From: an uncultured delta proteobacterium
GTDB lineage: Bacteria > Desulfobacterota > Binatia > Binatales > Binataceae
Direction of reading: 5' to 3'
NCBI GenBank assembly: GCA_963724765.1
Contig: CAVRVY010000003.1
Location: 256,001 to 320,000, forward strand
Length of the DNA: 64,000 nt
Shown here: piece by piece, positions 12,623 through 25,009 of the stretch
Position numbering within the stretch: position 1 is the stretch's first letter
Layout of the letters: each line of letters opens with the position of its first letter
Notes under the pieces: generated by a model
The model's input: the letters and a program-made list of their open reading frames with translations, nothing else
Told to the model about the DNA's origin: nothing
The model's database searches: none
Program-made: the position numbers and the translations under genes

Positions 12623-13548
12623 GCCATCTGACTCAGCCGGATTCGCGGATCAAGCCACGCGTAGAGCAGGTCAACCGCGAGGTTGGCGACGACGATCAGA
12701 AAAGCCGAGAAGAGCACCGTGCCCATGATGAGCGGGATGTCGAGATTGAATACCGCTTCGTAGGCAAGCCGCCCGATTCCCGGCCAGTTGAACACCGTCT
12801 CGGTGAGCACCACGCCGGAGAGCAGTCCCGCCAGGTCGAGCCCCGCCAGTGTGACCAGCGGCAGCGTAGCGTTGGCCATCGCGTGGCGGATGAGCACCTG
12901 TGCGGCAGAGAGTCCCTTGCCGCGCGCGGTGCGGATATAGTCCTGGTCCAATGCCTCGACCAGGTTGGTGTGCAGGATACGCGAATAGTAGCCAGCCGAG
13001 CCCAGCGCTAGCGCGATGGTCGGCAACATCAGGCTCTTAAGCCCGTCGAAGCCGCCCAACGGAAACGAGCGCAGGTAAAGTCCGCCCGCGATCAGCAGCA
13101 TCGTGCCGAGCCAGAAGACCGGTATCGAGATCAGCGCGAGCGAGACGATGAGCAGCAGGTTGTCGACAGCGCGCCCGCGCCACGCCGCCGCGACCATCCC
13201 CATCGGAATGCCCAGCGCGAGCGACAGCGCCATCGCGCACAGCGCCAGGATGGCGGTGGCGGGAAAACGGCTCAGGATCAGTTGCGTCACGCTCGCGCGC
13301 CGGATGTAAGAGCGGCCGAGGTCGCCGTGCAGCGCGCGGCCGAGATAGTGCGCGTACTGCAGATAAACCGGCTGGTCCAGGCCGAGTTGATGACGGATGG
13401 TGGCGAGGGTCTGCGGATCGGCCTTCGCACCCGCCATCGCGACCGCGGGGTCCGCCGGGATTACGAAGGCGATGGTGAAGGTGATGATGGAGGTGCCGAG
13501 CAGGACCGCGGCACCGTAGATGATTCGCCGGACGATGTAGGCGATCAT
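12619..13548 (-). CDS. peptide ABC transporter permease (DppB/OppB-like)
   Basis: GLDQP, GDLGRS, DYIRTARGKG, ETVFNWPGIG, DPRI. Confidence 0.93.
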   Translation of the reverse strand: MIAYIVRRIIYGAAVLLGTSIITFTIAFVIPADPAVAMAGAKADPQTLATIRHQLGLDQPVYLQYAHYLGRALHGDLGRSYIRRASVTQLILSRFPATAILALCAMALSLALGIPMGMVAAAWRGRAVDNLLLIVSLALISIPVFWLGTMLLIAGGLYLRSFPLGGFDGLKSLMLPTIALALGSAGYYSRILHTNLVEALDQDYIRTARGKGLSAAQVLIRHAMANATLPLVTLAGLDLAGLLSGVVLTETVFNWPGIGRLAYEAVFNLDIPLIMGTVLFSAFLIVVANLAVDLLYAWLDPRIRLSQMA

Positions 13549-13686
13549 TTTTTCACCAACATTTTTTTCGCCGATATTAGCGACGCCGCTCCGATGTCGC
13601 GGCTGCTGCCGCCGGAAGACAACAAATCTTTACTCCCCTTTCCTTTTAGCGGGGCGGGAATCAGGTTGGCACACTCCCCATTTTCT

Positions 13687-14007
13687 CTACATCGCGAGCA
13701 AACCTCGGGCGCGCAGTTCGCGCGCGAGTCTGAGCTCGGCGCGTTCGCGATGGCGTCGTGCGGCGCCGGCACTCGCGGAACCGTCATCAGTATTCGCGGT
13801 CTCGGTATTCGCGGTCTCGGTATTCGCCGCCTGCGTATTCGCCGCTTCGAGAGCGGCGCGCTCCTCGGGCCGCAGCGCCGTGATAATTTTCTCCATCTCG
13901 GCTCTGCGGGCAAGCTCGTTCGCAGCCAGCGCATCGGCGCTCGCATGCTTGAGCGCCCGCCAATGAGCGAGAAATGCCGCCAGCGATGCGTAGGCGTCGA
14001 GCTTCAT
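13687..14007 (-). CDS. hypothetical protein with 5-aa tandem repeats
   Basis: ATGA overlap with the VIT1 stop; contains (A/T)ANT(Q/E/D) repeats. Confidence 0.55.
   Translation of the reverse strand: MKLDAYASLAAFLAHWRALKHASADALAANELARRAEMEKIITALRPEERAALEAANTQAANTETANTETANTDDGSASAGAARRHRERAELRLARELRARGLLAM
13790..13849. repeat. 15-bp coding tandem repeat, 4 copies (GTATTCGCGGTCTCG-like)
   Basis: Directly visible tandem units at 13790, 13805, 13820, 13835. Confidence 0.85.
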
Positions 14008-14750
14008 GGCGCCGGAACGGATGCGCTGCCGCCCAGAGGGGCAATCGCCAGGCCGATGAGATACCCGGCCACCGCCGCACCCATCGCGATTGCCAGAAAA
14101 CGCAGCCCGGAAACGGCTCGTTTGCGCTGCGCGAGCCATCCCTGGAAATAGCCGACGGCGAATAGTGCCAGCGCCGTCGTCGCCATCGCGGCGATCAGCC
14201 CGAAATAATCGCCGGGCCCGGCGGACGGAATCAGGATGAACGGCAGCAGCGGCACCGTCGCGCCGACCAGGAACGCAACGCCCATCGTGATGCCGTCGGC
14301 GGCCGCGCTGCCCAGCGCCTGGCGGCTCATTCCGTACATCTTGACCTCGGCGGTCGAAAGTAACGCCTGGGGCGCGGAACTGAGTAGCTGGACTATACGG
14401 TAAGAGGACTCGCGGCTCAGCCCTTCGTGCTCAAGCTCGTGCAACAGGCGCTCCCGGAGCACATGGGGCTCGGCGGCGGCCTCCTCGCGCGAGCGTTCAA
14501 GCTCGCTGCTCAACACCTCGGTTTCGGCCCGCGTGCCGAGATACGCCCCGGCGCCCATCGAGAGCGCGCCGGCGGCGGTCGAGGCGAGCGCGGCGAGAAT
14601 CACTTGGCGATGGACGGCGACGGCGCCGCTTAAACCCGCGAGCACGCCGGCCGTGGTGAGAATTCCGTCCTGCATCCCGAAAACGATTTCGCGGATGCTG
14701 GAGAGACGCTCGATGAGGCGTTTCTTTTCAGTTGGATTGAGTGCCGCCAC
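14004..14750 (-). CDS. VIT1/CCC1 family iron/manganese transporter
   Basis: REIVFGMQDGILT, AGALSMGAGAYL, GATVPLLPF. Confidence 0.9.
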   Translation of the reverse strand: MAALNPTEKKRLIERLSSIREIVFGMQDGILTTAGVLAGLSGAVAVHRQVILAALASTAAGALSMGAGAYLGTRAETEVLSSELERSREEAAAEPHVLRERLLHELEHEGLSRESSYRIVQLLSSAPQALLSTAEVKMYGMSRQALGSAAADGITMGVAFLVGATVPLLPFILIPSAGPGDYFGLIAAMATTALALFAVGYFQGWLAQRKRAVSGLRFLAIAMGAAVAGYLIGLAIAPLGGSASVPAP

Positions 14751-14756
14751 GCGCGC

Positions 14757-15299
14757 TCAGCCGGAATCGGAGTCGGTAGTTCTGGTCGACGGGGCCGGAT
14801 TACCGTCCGGTTCCCAATCCGCCGGACACATCCGCCCCGAGCGCAGCGCACGCACTACGCGCAAGGTCTCGCTCACGCTGCGGCCAACGTTCACCGGGCA
14901 TGCGACGCAGTAGACGATAAAGCGTTTGGAATCGAGGATGAAAGTCGCGCGCATCGCCAGCCCCGCGCTCTCGTCGAACACGCCGTACGCCCGTGCAAGC
15001 GCGCCGCCCTGGTCGGCCAGCAGCGGATAGCTGATTCCGCCCAGCTCGCGCGCCCAGCGCAAATGCGTCTGGACGTCGTCGACACTGATCGCGACGACAC
15101 TGGTATGCTCGGCGGCAAACGCCTCGTGCGACTTGTGGAAGCCGACGACCTCGGTCGGACAGATAAAAGAAAAGTCGTGCGGGTAGAAAAACAGCACGAT
15201 CATCTCGGAATCAATTTGGGAAAGGCGCAGGCGTCCGGCGCGATCGCCGGCCGCGCATGGCAGATCGAATGGCGGCGCAGTGTCTCCAGGCTTCAGCAT
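14757..15299 (-). CDS. peroxiredoxin (AhpC/TSA family)
   Basis: FYPHDFSFICPTE peroxidatic Cys, GRSVSETLR, CPADW. Confidence 0.92.
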   Translation of the reverse strand: MLKPGDTAPPFDLPCAAGDRAGRLRLSQIDSEMIVLFFYPHDFSFICPTEVVGFHKSHEAFAAEHTSVVAISVDDVQTHLRWARELGGISYPLLADQGGALARAYGVFDESAGLAMRATFILDSKRFIVYCVACPVNVGRSVSETLRVVRALRSGRMCPADWEPDGNPAPSTRTTDSDSG

Positions 15300-15325
15300 C
15301 TCCGCACCCGGTGCGGAGACTAAGG

Positions 15326-16057
15326 CTACTCGATCTGGTAGGTAATCGAAACGATCGCGGTGATCGTGACCTCGCCCGGACGTATGGGCGTCGCCGCGAA
15401 GTCCTGGGTCGGCGCCGGGCGCGCCTGGGCTTCGTTGGCGGCTCTCAGCACCCGCGCGAGCCTGACGCCGAGCGAGCGGGCGAGTGAGACGGCCTGCGCC
15501 TGCGCATCGAGCGTGGCCCGGGCGATCGCCTCGCTGCGCGACTTGGTCTCGTCGTCGAGGGCGAAGTCGAGATAGTTGATACGACTTGCGCCCGCGCCGA
15601 GCGCGGCATCGATCAGGGCCCCTACGATCCCGATAGCGGTGTCGACGGTAATCGAATTTTCGGCGCGATAGCCGGTCACTACCGGCTTCTCATGTCCCCG
15701 CGGATGCTCGTATTCCGGATAGAGCGAACAGACGCCGGCCCGGAGTCTGCCCTTGCCGCGCAATTGTTCCGCCAGCACGACGGACACCCTTCGTGCGAGT
15801 ATGGTGTTTTCCGCGGCGCTCTGCTGAGCGGAAAGCGCACGGGTTTCGATCGCCAGGTTGAGCAGGCCGCGGTCCGGGGCCACGCGCCACTCGCCGTTGC
15901 CAACGACCTCGATCGTGCGCATCGGCCTGCCGACGAGCGTCGACTGCCGGCTCTCGGCGGTTGGTGCGCCTGGCAGGGCCGCGATCCGTCCGGCCTGGAC
16001 TTCCACTACGGCAGTCTCGGACCTGCCGGTGGCCGCCAATTCGATAGGGACTGACAT
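15326..16057 (-). CDS. SIMPL (DUF541) domain protein, paralog 2
   Basis: [40 protein letters not shown]. Confidence 0.85.
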   Translation of the reverse strand: MSVPIELAATGRSETAVVEVQAGRIAALPGAPTAESRQSTLVGRPMRTIEVVGNGEWRVAPDRGLLNLAIETRALSAQQSAAENTILARRVSVVLAEQLRGKGRLRAGVCSLYPEYEHPRGHEKPVVTGYRAENSITVDTAIGIVGALIDAALGAGASRINYLDFALDDETKSRSEAIARATLDAQAQAVSLARSLGVRLARVLRAANEAQARPAPTQDFAATPIRPGEVTITAIVSITYQIE

Positions 16058-16228
16058 CTGTATTGCAGACTAACCTGTCGGCGGTGATGTTTCGCGCGCA
16101 GCGCGCGTCGCGCCGGCTATTATTATGAAATCCGTAGAGTCGAAGCGCGACAAATTGCCCGGGCGAGAGCCGGCTTTGGTGCATAGCTCAAAGAGCGGGC
16201 CGTCGAACGCGCGCCAGCCGCGCGCCGG

Positions 16229-17119
16229 CTACTGGATCTGGTAGGTGATCGAGACGGTCGCGGGGACCGTGACCTCGTTGGGCTGCACCGGGGTCGGCGC
16301 GCCCATCGACGAACTCATCGCCATCGCACCCATCCGCATCACCGGCATCGGCCTGCTTTCCGCTTCGGTGGTGGCTTTGACCACCGGGCCGAGCCTGACG
16401 CCAAGCGACTTGGCCAACGAGTCGGCCTGAGCCTGCGCGTCCTTGGCGGCCAGCGCTATCGCCTGGCTGCGGGCCTGGCTTTCGTCGCGCAGCGTGAAGT
16501 TGAGAAAGTTAATCCGATTGGCCCCGGCGTCGATCGCGGTGTCGATCAATCCGCCGAGCATCCCGATCTCGCCCGTCTCCACGGTGATCGAATTCTCGGC
16601 GCGGTAGCCGGTAACGACCGGCTTCTCGTTGGGCCGCGGCTCGTTGTATTCCGGATAGAGCGAATAGCCGCCGGTCCAAACCTTACCCTTGCCCTGGAGC
16701 TTGGTGGTCAGCGCGTCGACGACTTTTTGCGCGAGCGCCGCGTTCTGGCCCGCGCTCTGCTGTGCGGTCGGGGCATGAGTTTCGATCGCGAGGTTGAGCG
16801 AAGCGACATCCGGGGCCACGTGGGCCTCGCCGTTGCCGGTAACCTCGATCGTGCGCGCGCTCTGCGGCGGCGGGGGTAGAAGCGGCGCCGGCGGGAGCGG
16901 CGCAGGATTGATCGGTTCCGCGGCCGGCGCGCCGGCCGGCGTCATTATGAAAGCGATCGAGACGCCCGCCACAAGCGTAAGAAGGCCGCTAGCGCGGCGG
17001 CGATTGCCGGCCAATCGCGCCCGTCCGCCAGGCTCCGCGATGTGAAGCGTTTTCATCCGCACCTGCTCCTCCGCGCACCAGGTCGCATCAGGACTGTTGC
17101 CAAGGCCGCGCGCCGCCAC
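16229..17119 (-). CDS. SIMPL (DUF541) domain protein, paralog 1, with signal/TM segment
   Basis: Same motifs plus a hydrophobic N-terminal segment; start uncertain. Confidence 0.87.
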   Translation of the reverse strand: MAARGLGNSPDATWCAEEQVRMKTLHIAEPGGRARLAGNRRRASGLLTLVAGVSIAFIMTPAGAPAAEPINPAPLPPAPLLPPPPQSARTIEVTGNGEAHVAPDVASLNLAIETHAPTAQQSAGQNAALAQKVVDALTTKLQGKGKVWTGGYSLYPEYNEPRPNEKPVVTGYRAENSITVETGEIGMLGGLIDTAIDAGANRINFLNFTLRDESQARSQAIALAAKDAQAQADSLAKSLGVRLGPVVKATTEAESRPMPVMRMGAMAMSSSMGAPTPVQPNEVTVPATVSITYQIQ

Positions 17120-17269
17120 CTAAGCTGCGGGCCAACAGACATCCACTGCGCAATAGTTGAGGAGCCAGCGGCGAAAGGCAAGGCCGTTGGGGCGCGCCGG
17201 GAATGGAAGCATCGCGCCGATGCTTTGACGGGCCGCGCAGTGTATTGTTCTCGGTTGGAAAACCATCGC

Positions 17270-18733
17270 ATGGCCGACAAACAGGACGAAAAGAAAGTCA
17301 CCCCGCGAAGCGTCGACTTCGCGGCCTGGTACAACGAGATAATCGCGCGCGCCGAACTCGCCGACCACTCGCCGGTGCGCGGATGTATCGTGTTCCGCCC
17401 CGACGGATTCGCGATCTGGGAGGCGCTGCGCGACGAACTCGACCGCCGAATCAAGAAGACCGGCGCGCGCAACGCCTACTTCCCGCTCTTCATCCCGCAA
17501 AGCTTCCTTCAAAAAGAGGCGCAACACGTCGAGGGCTTCGCGCCCGAGGTCGCCGTTGTGACCCACGGTGGCGGCAAGGAACTGGAAGAGCCGCTGATCG
17601 TGCGGCCGACTTCCGAGACGATCATCAACTATATGTTCGCGCAGTGGATCCATTCGCATCGCGACCTGCCGCTGATGATCAATCAGTGGTGCAACGTGGT
17701 GCGCTGGGAAATGCGCACGCGGCCGTTTTTGCGCACCACCGAATTTCTCTGGCAGGAAGGCCATACCGCGCACGCGACGAAAGAAGAGGCCGAGCGCGAG
17801 GCGCTCACGATGCTCGAGGTCTACCGCAGCTTCGTCGAGGACTATCTCGCGGTGCCGCTGGTGACCGGGCGCAAGAGCGCGGCCGAACGCTTCCCGGGCG
17901 CCGAGGAGACCTACTCGATAGAATCGCTGATGGGCGACGGACGGGCGCTGCAATGCGGCACCTCGCACTATCTGGGCGACAATTTCGCGCGCGCCTTCGA
18001 GATTCGCTTCCTCGATACGCAAAACCAGCTCCAGTATCCGCATCAGACCAGTTGGGGCGTATCGACGCGGCTGCTCGGCGCGATCATCATGAGCCACGGC
18101 GACGACCAGGGACTGCGCCTGCCGCCGGCGGTCGCGCCGTTCCAGGCCGTGGTCGTGCCGATTTGGCGTAAGGCCGAGGAAGGCGAGCCGGTGCTGGCCG
18201 CCGCGCGCGCGGCGCGCGACGTGCTGGAGGCGGCGGGCGTGCGCGTGCGGCTGGATGATCGCGAGGGGCTGACGCCGGGCTTCAAGTTCAATGACTGGGA
18301 AATGCGCGGCGTGCCGGTCAGGATCGAGATCGGCCCGCGCGACGTCGCCGCGCGCAACGCCGTACTCGCGCGCCGCGATCGCTCAGGCAAGGAAGGAAAA
18401 GTAATCGCATCGCTCGACGGCCTTGCGGCGCACTTAAGCGCGCTGCTCGATGAGGTACAAAAGAGCCTTTACGCGCAGGCGCGCGACGCGATGCACGCCA
18501 ACACGCGGGAATTCGACGACTACGCGAAGTTTCGCGCGCAGATGGAAGGCGAAGGCGGCGGCGGGATGGCCGACATCTACTGGTGCGGGAGCGCCGCGTG
18601 CGAGACACGGATTCGCGAGGAAACGCGCGCGACCTGCCGCGCGATCCCGCTGGAGCAAAGCGTCGCCGTCGGACGATGCCTGGTCTGCGGCGAATCGGCG
18701 AACGAGCGCGCCTTCTTCGCCAAGGCGTATTGA
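17270..18733 (+). CDS. proS: proline--tRNA ligase (archaeal/eukaryotic-like short type)
   Basis: HVEGFAPE, RPTSET, FLRTTEFLWQEGHT, TSWGVSTR, C-terminal FAKAY. Confidence 0.97.
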   Translation: MADKQDEKKVTPRSVDFAAWYNEIIARAELADHSPVRGCIVFRPDGFAIWEALRDELDRRIKKTGARNAYFPLFIPQSFLQKEAQHVEGFAPEVAVVTHGGGKELEEPLIVRPTSETIINYMFAQWIHSHRDLPLMINQWCNVVRWEMRTRPFLRTTEFLWQEGHTAHATKEEAEREALTMLEVYRSFVEDYLAVPLVTGRKSAAERFPGAEETYSIESLMGDGRALQCGTSHYLGDNFARAFEIRFLDTQNQLQYPHQTSWGVSTRLLGAIIMSHGDDQGLRLPPAVAPFQAVVVPIWRKAEEGEPVLAAARAARDVLEAAGVRVRLDDREGLTPGFKFNDWEMRGVPVRIEIGPRDVAARNAVLARRDRSGKEGKVIASLDGLAAHLSALLDEVQKSLYAQARDAMHANTREFDDYAKFRAQMEGEGGGGMADIYWCGSAACETRIREETRATCRAIPLEQSVAVGRCLVCGESANERAFFAKAY

Positions 18734-18813
18734 TCACTCTTTCGAATCATCGCGCGGACGATTCCGCACGGCGCGGAACGTTCGCGTCAAGCTACAGAGA
18801 AGGATATTTGACT

Positions 18814-20043
18814 ATGCCCACATCCAAACCGACCCACGTCCTTGACGGCTACAAAGTTCTGGACTTCACCCAGGCGCTAGCCGGTCCGACTGTGACACGG
18901 CTGATGGCCGAGCTCGGCGCCGACGTCATCAAGGTGGAAATTCCACCCAAGGGGGATTTCTCGCGCTCTTTTCCATTTCTGAAGGATGGACGAAGCGCGT
19001 ACTTCGTTCAGCAGAACCGCGGCAAGAAGAGCCTCTGCCTCGATCCCAAGAAACCCGAGGGTCTCGCAGTCATCAAGAAATTGCTGCCCACGATGGATGT
19101 CCTGCTCGAGAATTATTCGCCGGGAGCGATCGCGCGGATAGGTCTTGGCTGGGAGGAGGTCAGCAAGATCAATCCGCGGCTCATCATGTGCTCGGTCTCG
19201 GGATTCGGACAGACCGGCCCGCTCGCCAATCGCCCCGGCTACGATTACATCGGGATGAGCTACGCGGCCGTGACTTACATGATTGGCGATCCTAACGGGC
19301 CGCCGTCGTTCCCGATGCTCGGGCTGGGCGACGTGTCGACCGGAGTTCACGCGCTCGCCGCGATCGCCTGCGCGCTGCTGTATCGCGACAAGACCGGGCG
19401 CGGCCAGCACCTGGATGTGTCGCTCCTCGATAGCTACTTCCATTGCCACGAGTTGAACGTCCAGATGTACAGCGCAAGCGGCGGCAAGATAAAGCCCAAG
19501 CGCGCCGGCTCGAATCACACCGCCGTCCCGATCATCGGAATTTTCAGGGGCCGGGCGCCTGAGAGCTACCTGTTCATCATGGCGCCGGTGGACCATCAGT
19601 TCGCGGCGCTGTGCCGCACGATGGAACGGCCAGAACTGGCGGCCGATCCGCGGTTCACGACCGTAGTCGCGCGCGCCGCCAACCTCGCCGAGATCACTGG
19701 CATTATCCAGGCCTGGCTCGACTCGCAACCCGACGACGCAACGATCCTGCGCAAACTCGAGGCAAACCGGATTCCGGTGGCGCCGATTCTGTCGATCGAG
19801 GAGGCAGTGAACCATCCGCACCTGCGTGAGCGGCGGACGGTGCGGAAAATCCGCGACCGCATAATCGGCGAGTACGATATCCCGGGCGTGCCACTGCGCT
19901 TCTCCGATTTTCCGACCGAGCTTGATCTGCAAGCTCCACTTTTGGGCGAGCACAACGCCGAGATTCTCGGCCGTCTCGGCTACTCCGCGGATAGCATCAG
20001 CGAACTGGAGAAGGCGGGCATCCTGATGCGCGGCGACCGTTGA
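18814..20043 (+). CDS. CaiB/BaiF family III CoA-transferase
   Basis: [39 protein letters not shown]. Confidence 0.93.
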   Translation: MPTSKPTHVLDGYKVLDFTQALAGPTVTRLMAELGADVIKVEIPPKGDFSRSFPFLKDGRSAYFVQQNRGKKSLCLDPKKPEGLAVIKKLLPTMDVLLENYSPGAIARIGLGWEEVSKINPRLIMCSVSGFGQTGPLANRPGYDYIGMSYAAVTYMIGDPNGPPSFPMLGLGDVSTGVHALAAIACALLYRDKTGRGQHLDVSLLDSYFHCHELNVQMYSASGGKIKPKRAGSNHTAVPIIGIFRGRAPESYLFIMAPVDHQFAALCRTMERPELAADPRFTTVVARAANLAEITGIIQAWLDSQPDDATILRKLEANRIPVAPILSIEEAVNHPHLRERRTVRKIRDRIIGEYDIPGVPLRFSDFPTELDLQAPLLGEHNAEILGRLGYSADSISELEKAGILMRGDR

Positions 20044-20194
20044 TGCTCAAGGGTTCGGCTTCAGCGTCCGCACGATGCAGGCGTGGGAACAGGGTCGCGC
20101 CATCCCCGACCGTCCCGCACGCATCCTGCTGCGAGTGATCGAGAAATCCCCGAAGGCCGTTGAACGCGCAGTCGCTGCCGGCTGACGCGGCGGC

Positions 20195-21028
20195 TCAGCC
20201 GCCGTGCGCGAAGAGCGTCAAATAGCAGAGCACGCTCAAGTCCGCGAACACGTGGGCGAGAATCGACGTCTCCAGGCCCCAGCGCCAGTAAACGTAGCCG
20301 AGCACGATTCCCGCAACAGTGCGCGGCTCGAGCAGCATCTGTATCGCGCGCGGCTCCCACCAGAGCGTGCCCTCGCCGGTCGCCGCGTGGATCGCGCCGA
20401 ACATCAGCCCCTGGATAACGATCGCCGTCCACCATTCGGTGGCGCTCAGCTTGCCCACGGGCGCGCGCAGCAATTTCGTTATCAGCCATACCAGCACGGT
20501 CATCAGGAAAAGGCGGAAATGGATCTCCTCGATGATCGGAAACCCTAGGCCGATAGCCGCAGGATGGGCCTTGAAGAGCTCGAAAGCCTTGCGCCCGGAT
20601 TCTTTTATGCCGGGTGGGGTCTTGGCGGCGAGCGCAGGCGCCCACAGCGCCTTGACCACGATCATTTGCACGATGCGCGTGCCCAGGATCGATACCGCCG
20701 CCGCACCGGCCGCGGCACAAATCATCTCAGCCAAGCCCGCGGCCGGGTCGGCGGCGGCGAACCGGCGTCCGAGCGCGCTCGGAGCGAAGCCCGGCCGACG
20801 CGCCGCCAGGCATCCCAACCCTACCAGGAACAGCATCTCCGCCAGCGCGATCGAGATCGCGCGCAGATGCTTGTCGGGCGGTATCGGAAGCACCGGCGAG
20901 CAAAGAAACCATCCCAACATGCCGACTGTGAGGAGCACCAGGAACTCGATCAGGCGCGGATAGCGGGTGTGCGCGCGGAGCGGGTTCCCTTCGAGTACAA
21001 CATTCGCGGTAATGCTCGGGCTTTCCAA
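20195..21028 (-). CDS. CPBP (CAAX protease-like) intramembrane metalloprotease
   Basis: EEIHFR, FGAIH and LAH...D motifs within TM helices. Confidence 0.8.
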   Translation of the reverse strand: MESPSITANVVLEGNPLRAHTRYPRLIEFLVLLTVGMLGWFLCSPVLPIPPDKHLRAISIALAEMLFLVGLGCLAARRPGFAPSALGRRFAAADPAAGLAEMICAAAGAAAVSILGTRIVQMIVVKALWAPALAAKTPPGIKESGRKAFELFKAHPAAIGLGFPIIEEIHFRLFLMTVLVWLITKLLRAPVGKLSATEWWTAIVIQGLMFGAIHAATGEGTLWWEPRAIQMLLEPRTVAGIVLGYVYWRWGLETSILAHVFADLSVLCYLTLFAHGG

Positions 21029-21266
21029 TGGTGGGCACGTACTCGTTGCGCAAAATCAGCCGACGCTGGTTTAATCGCGCAACGCGGTCATTCCATCGTG
21101 AACGGGCGCACGCGGTTTGTTAAGGCGTCGAGTGCGGTGCGGCACGTTCAGCCGCGGCGGATGATACATAGGTTGTCGCAGAATAGGATCGCGCTGGTGG
21201 GGAAGCTGAAAGCGAAACCCGGCGCGATGGCATCGCGAAGATCCGGCGCCGGCTGGAATCAAACGG

Positions 21267-23167
<1,901 letters not shown>

Positions 23168-23288
23168 GGGGATTCGCTCCAGTGCAGCGCACCTCGCACG
23201 CCGCCGACGCCGCGATCTTATACGAAAAGTTTGGGAAAGCGAGGCTTGCCCGTGCTCAGCAGGCGCGGATACTGATGTTGTGCGGCGG

Positions 23289-23954
23289 ATGGCGGCGTTG
23301 ATCGTCCTGGGTTGCGCGCTCGGCGGATGCGCTCCGGCGGCGGCGCCACCATCGACCGGACCCGCGGCGGACACCCCGGTACAATCTGAGGCATCGGCAG
23401 AAGCTCCAGCCACCGGGCAACCAGCGGTTAAACCCTCCGCAATAGCGACGCCGACGACCGAATTGGATCGGAGGACGGAGCGCTTCGGCGGCATCCCCAC
23501 ATCTGACAGCACGCCGGTCGCGCCGTCGCAGCCGCGGCTGAGCGTCGGAAAGGCGCTCGGCGTCGTCACGACGCGCATCGTCAGGGACGACAGTTCCGAC
23601 GGCGCTATGCCGCCGGCGAATTGCGAGGTGCGGATCCTGTACGACAAGCCCGCCGGCAAAACGCGCGAGGTCGCGACGCTCAATGTCAAAGGCACGCCGG
23701 CCCAGCATGAGGACATCCTGTCGCTGCTCAAGCGCCAAGCGTGCGCGGCCGGCGCCAACGCCGTGCTGATCAAAAGCACCGGCAGGACGAGCGTCGAGGG
23801 TGCGAAAGTGGATCAGGTCGAGGCGGTCGCGCTGATCGTCGGAACCCCCAAACCACCCGTCGACCCGTCGCCCGTGCCCAAGACCATCACGGTCACGCCT
23901 GAGGGTCCCGCCGTGCCCAAGACCATCACGGTTGATCCGGACGCGTCGCCCTAG
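23289..23954 (+). CDS. putative lipoprotein, Pro-rich
   Basis: LGGC lipobox; C-terminal duplicated VPKTITV; start uncertain. Confidence 0.65.
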   Translation: MAALIVLGCALGGCAPAAAPPSTGPAADTPVQSEASAEAPATGQPAVKPSAIATPTTELDRRTERFGGIPTSDSTPVAPSQPRLSVGKALGVVTTRIVRDDSSDGAMPPANCEVRILYDKPAGKTREVATLNVKGTPAQHEDILSLLKRQACAAGANAVLIKSTGRTSVEGAKVDQVEAVALIVGTPKPPVDPSPVPKTITVTPEGPAVPKTITVDPDASP

Positions 23955-24103
23955 CTAACCTTGGGCCGGGCTCAGGGACGGCGGTTCGACGCGTTGAACG
24001 CAACTTCATCCTCGCCGCGCAAATCAATCATCGCATTTGGCGCACGGTCACGCGCACGCGGCCTGCGCGGCGCGGCGGCGCCGCGATCGGCGCGGGCCCC
24101 AGC

Positions 24104-24994
24104 GTGAAGAGCGTGAGCCCGAAAGCAAAGCATTCGCTGAAGACGGTCGGGATGGTCGTGCGGCGCGAGCGCCCACGCGCAATCGCAATCGCGCACGAAC
24201 TCGCTTCATGGCTGCGCGCGCGTCATCTGACTACTCTCGCCGAGCCCGAGGTCGCCGCCCATCTCGGCGCCGAGGCGGTCGAGCGCGAGCAACTCGCGCT
24301 GCGCGCGGACCTCATCGTAGTGCTCGGCGGCGACGGCACCCTGCTCAGCATCGCGCGCCTGGTCGGCGAGCGCGAAACGCCAATCCTCGGTATCAACCTC
24401 GGCGGCCTCGGCTTCCTGACCGAGATCACCACCGAGGAGGCGCAGGCCTCGCTGACCCGCGTGCTGGCTGGTGATTATGAGGTCGACCGCCGCATAACGC
24501 TGGAGGCAACCGTCGAGTCGCACGTCGGGGGCGCCCAGGCCGCCGATCGCGAGAGCTTCCGCGCGCTCAACGACGTCGTGATCAACAAGCGCGCGCTCGG
24601 CCGCATGCTCGATCTCAACGTGGTCGCCAGCGGCGAACGCTTCTGCTCCTACCGCGCCGACGGCCTGATTATCGCGACCCCGACCGGCTCGACCGCCTAC
24701 GCGCTGAGCGCCGGCGGACCGATCGTTTTTCCCTCGCTAGACGTCGTGGTGCTCGCGCCGATTTGCCCGCACACGCTGAGCAATCGTCCGGTGGTGCTGC
24801 CCGATTCGTTCGAGATCGAGGTGCGGGTCAAGACCGACGACAACGGGGCGATGCTGACCGTGGACGGCCAGCAAACCGCGCGCGTCGCCAGCAACGACAC
24901 TCTGCGGGTGCGGCGCGGCAAAAATCCGGTGGTGCTCGTGCGATCGTCGCACTCCTACTTCGAGATCTGGCGCAACAAGCTGCGCTGGGGCTGA
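24104..24994 (+). CDS. nadK: NAD(+) kinase
   Basis: GGDGT, GINLGGLGFL, DGLIIATPTGSTAYALSAGGP. Confidence 0.97.
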   Translation: MKSVSPKAKHSLKTVGMVVRRERPRAIAIAHELASWLRARHLTTLAEPEVAAHLGAEAVEREQLALRADLIVVLGGDGTLLSIARLVGERETPILGINLGGLGFLTEITTEEAQASLTRVLAGDYEVDRRITLEATVESHVGGAQAADRESFRALNDVVINKRALGRMLDLNVVASGERFCSYRADGLIIATPTGSTAYALSAGGPIVFPSLDVVVLAPICPHTLSNRPVVLPDSFEIEVRVKTDDNGAMLTVDGQQTARVASNDTLRVRRGKNPVVLVRSSHSYFEIWRNKLRWG

Positions 24995-25009
24995 ACCCGG
25001 GTAGCGGCG

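Noticed and set aside
23872-23931. Duplicated CCGTGCCCAAGACCATCACGGT
   Set aside because: A coding repeat of the VPKTITV peptide in a lipoprotein tail; no sign of a DNA-level function.
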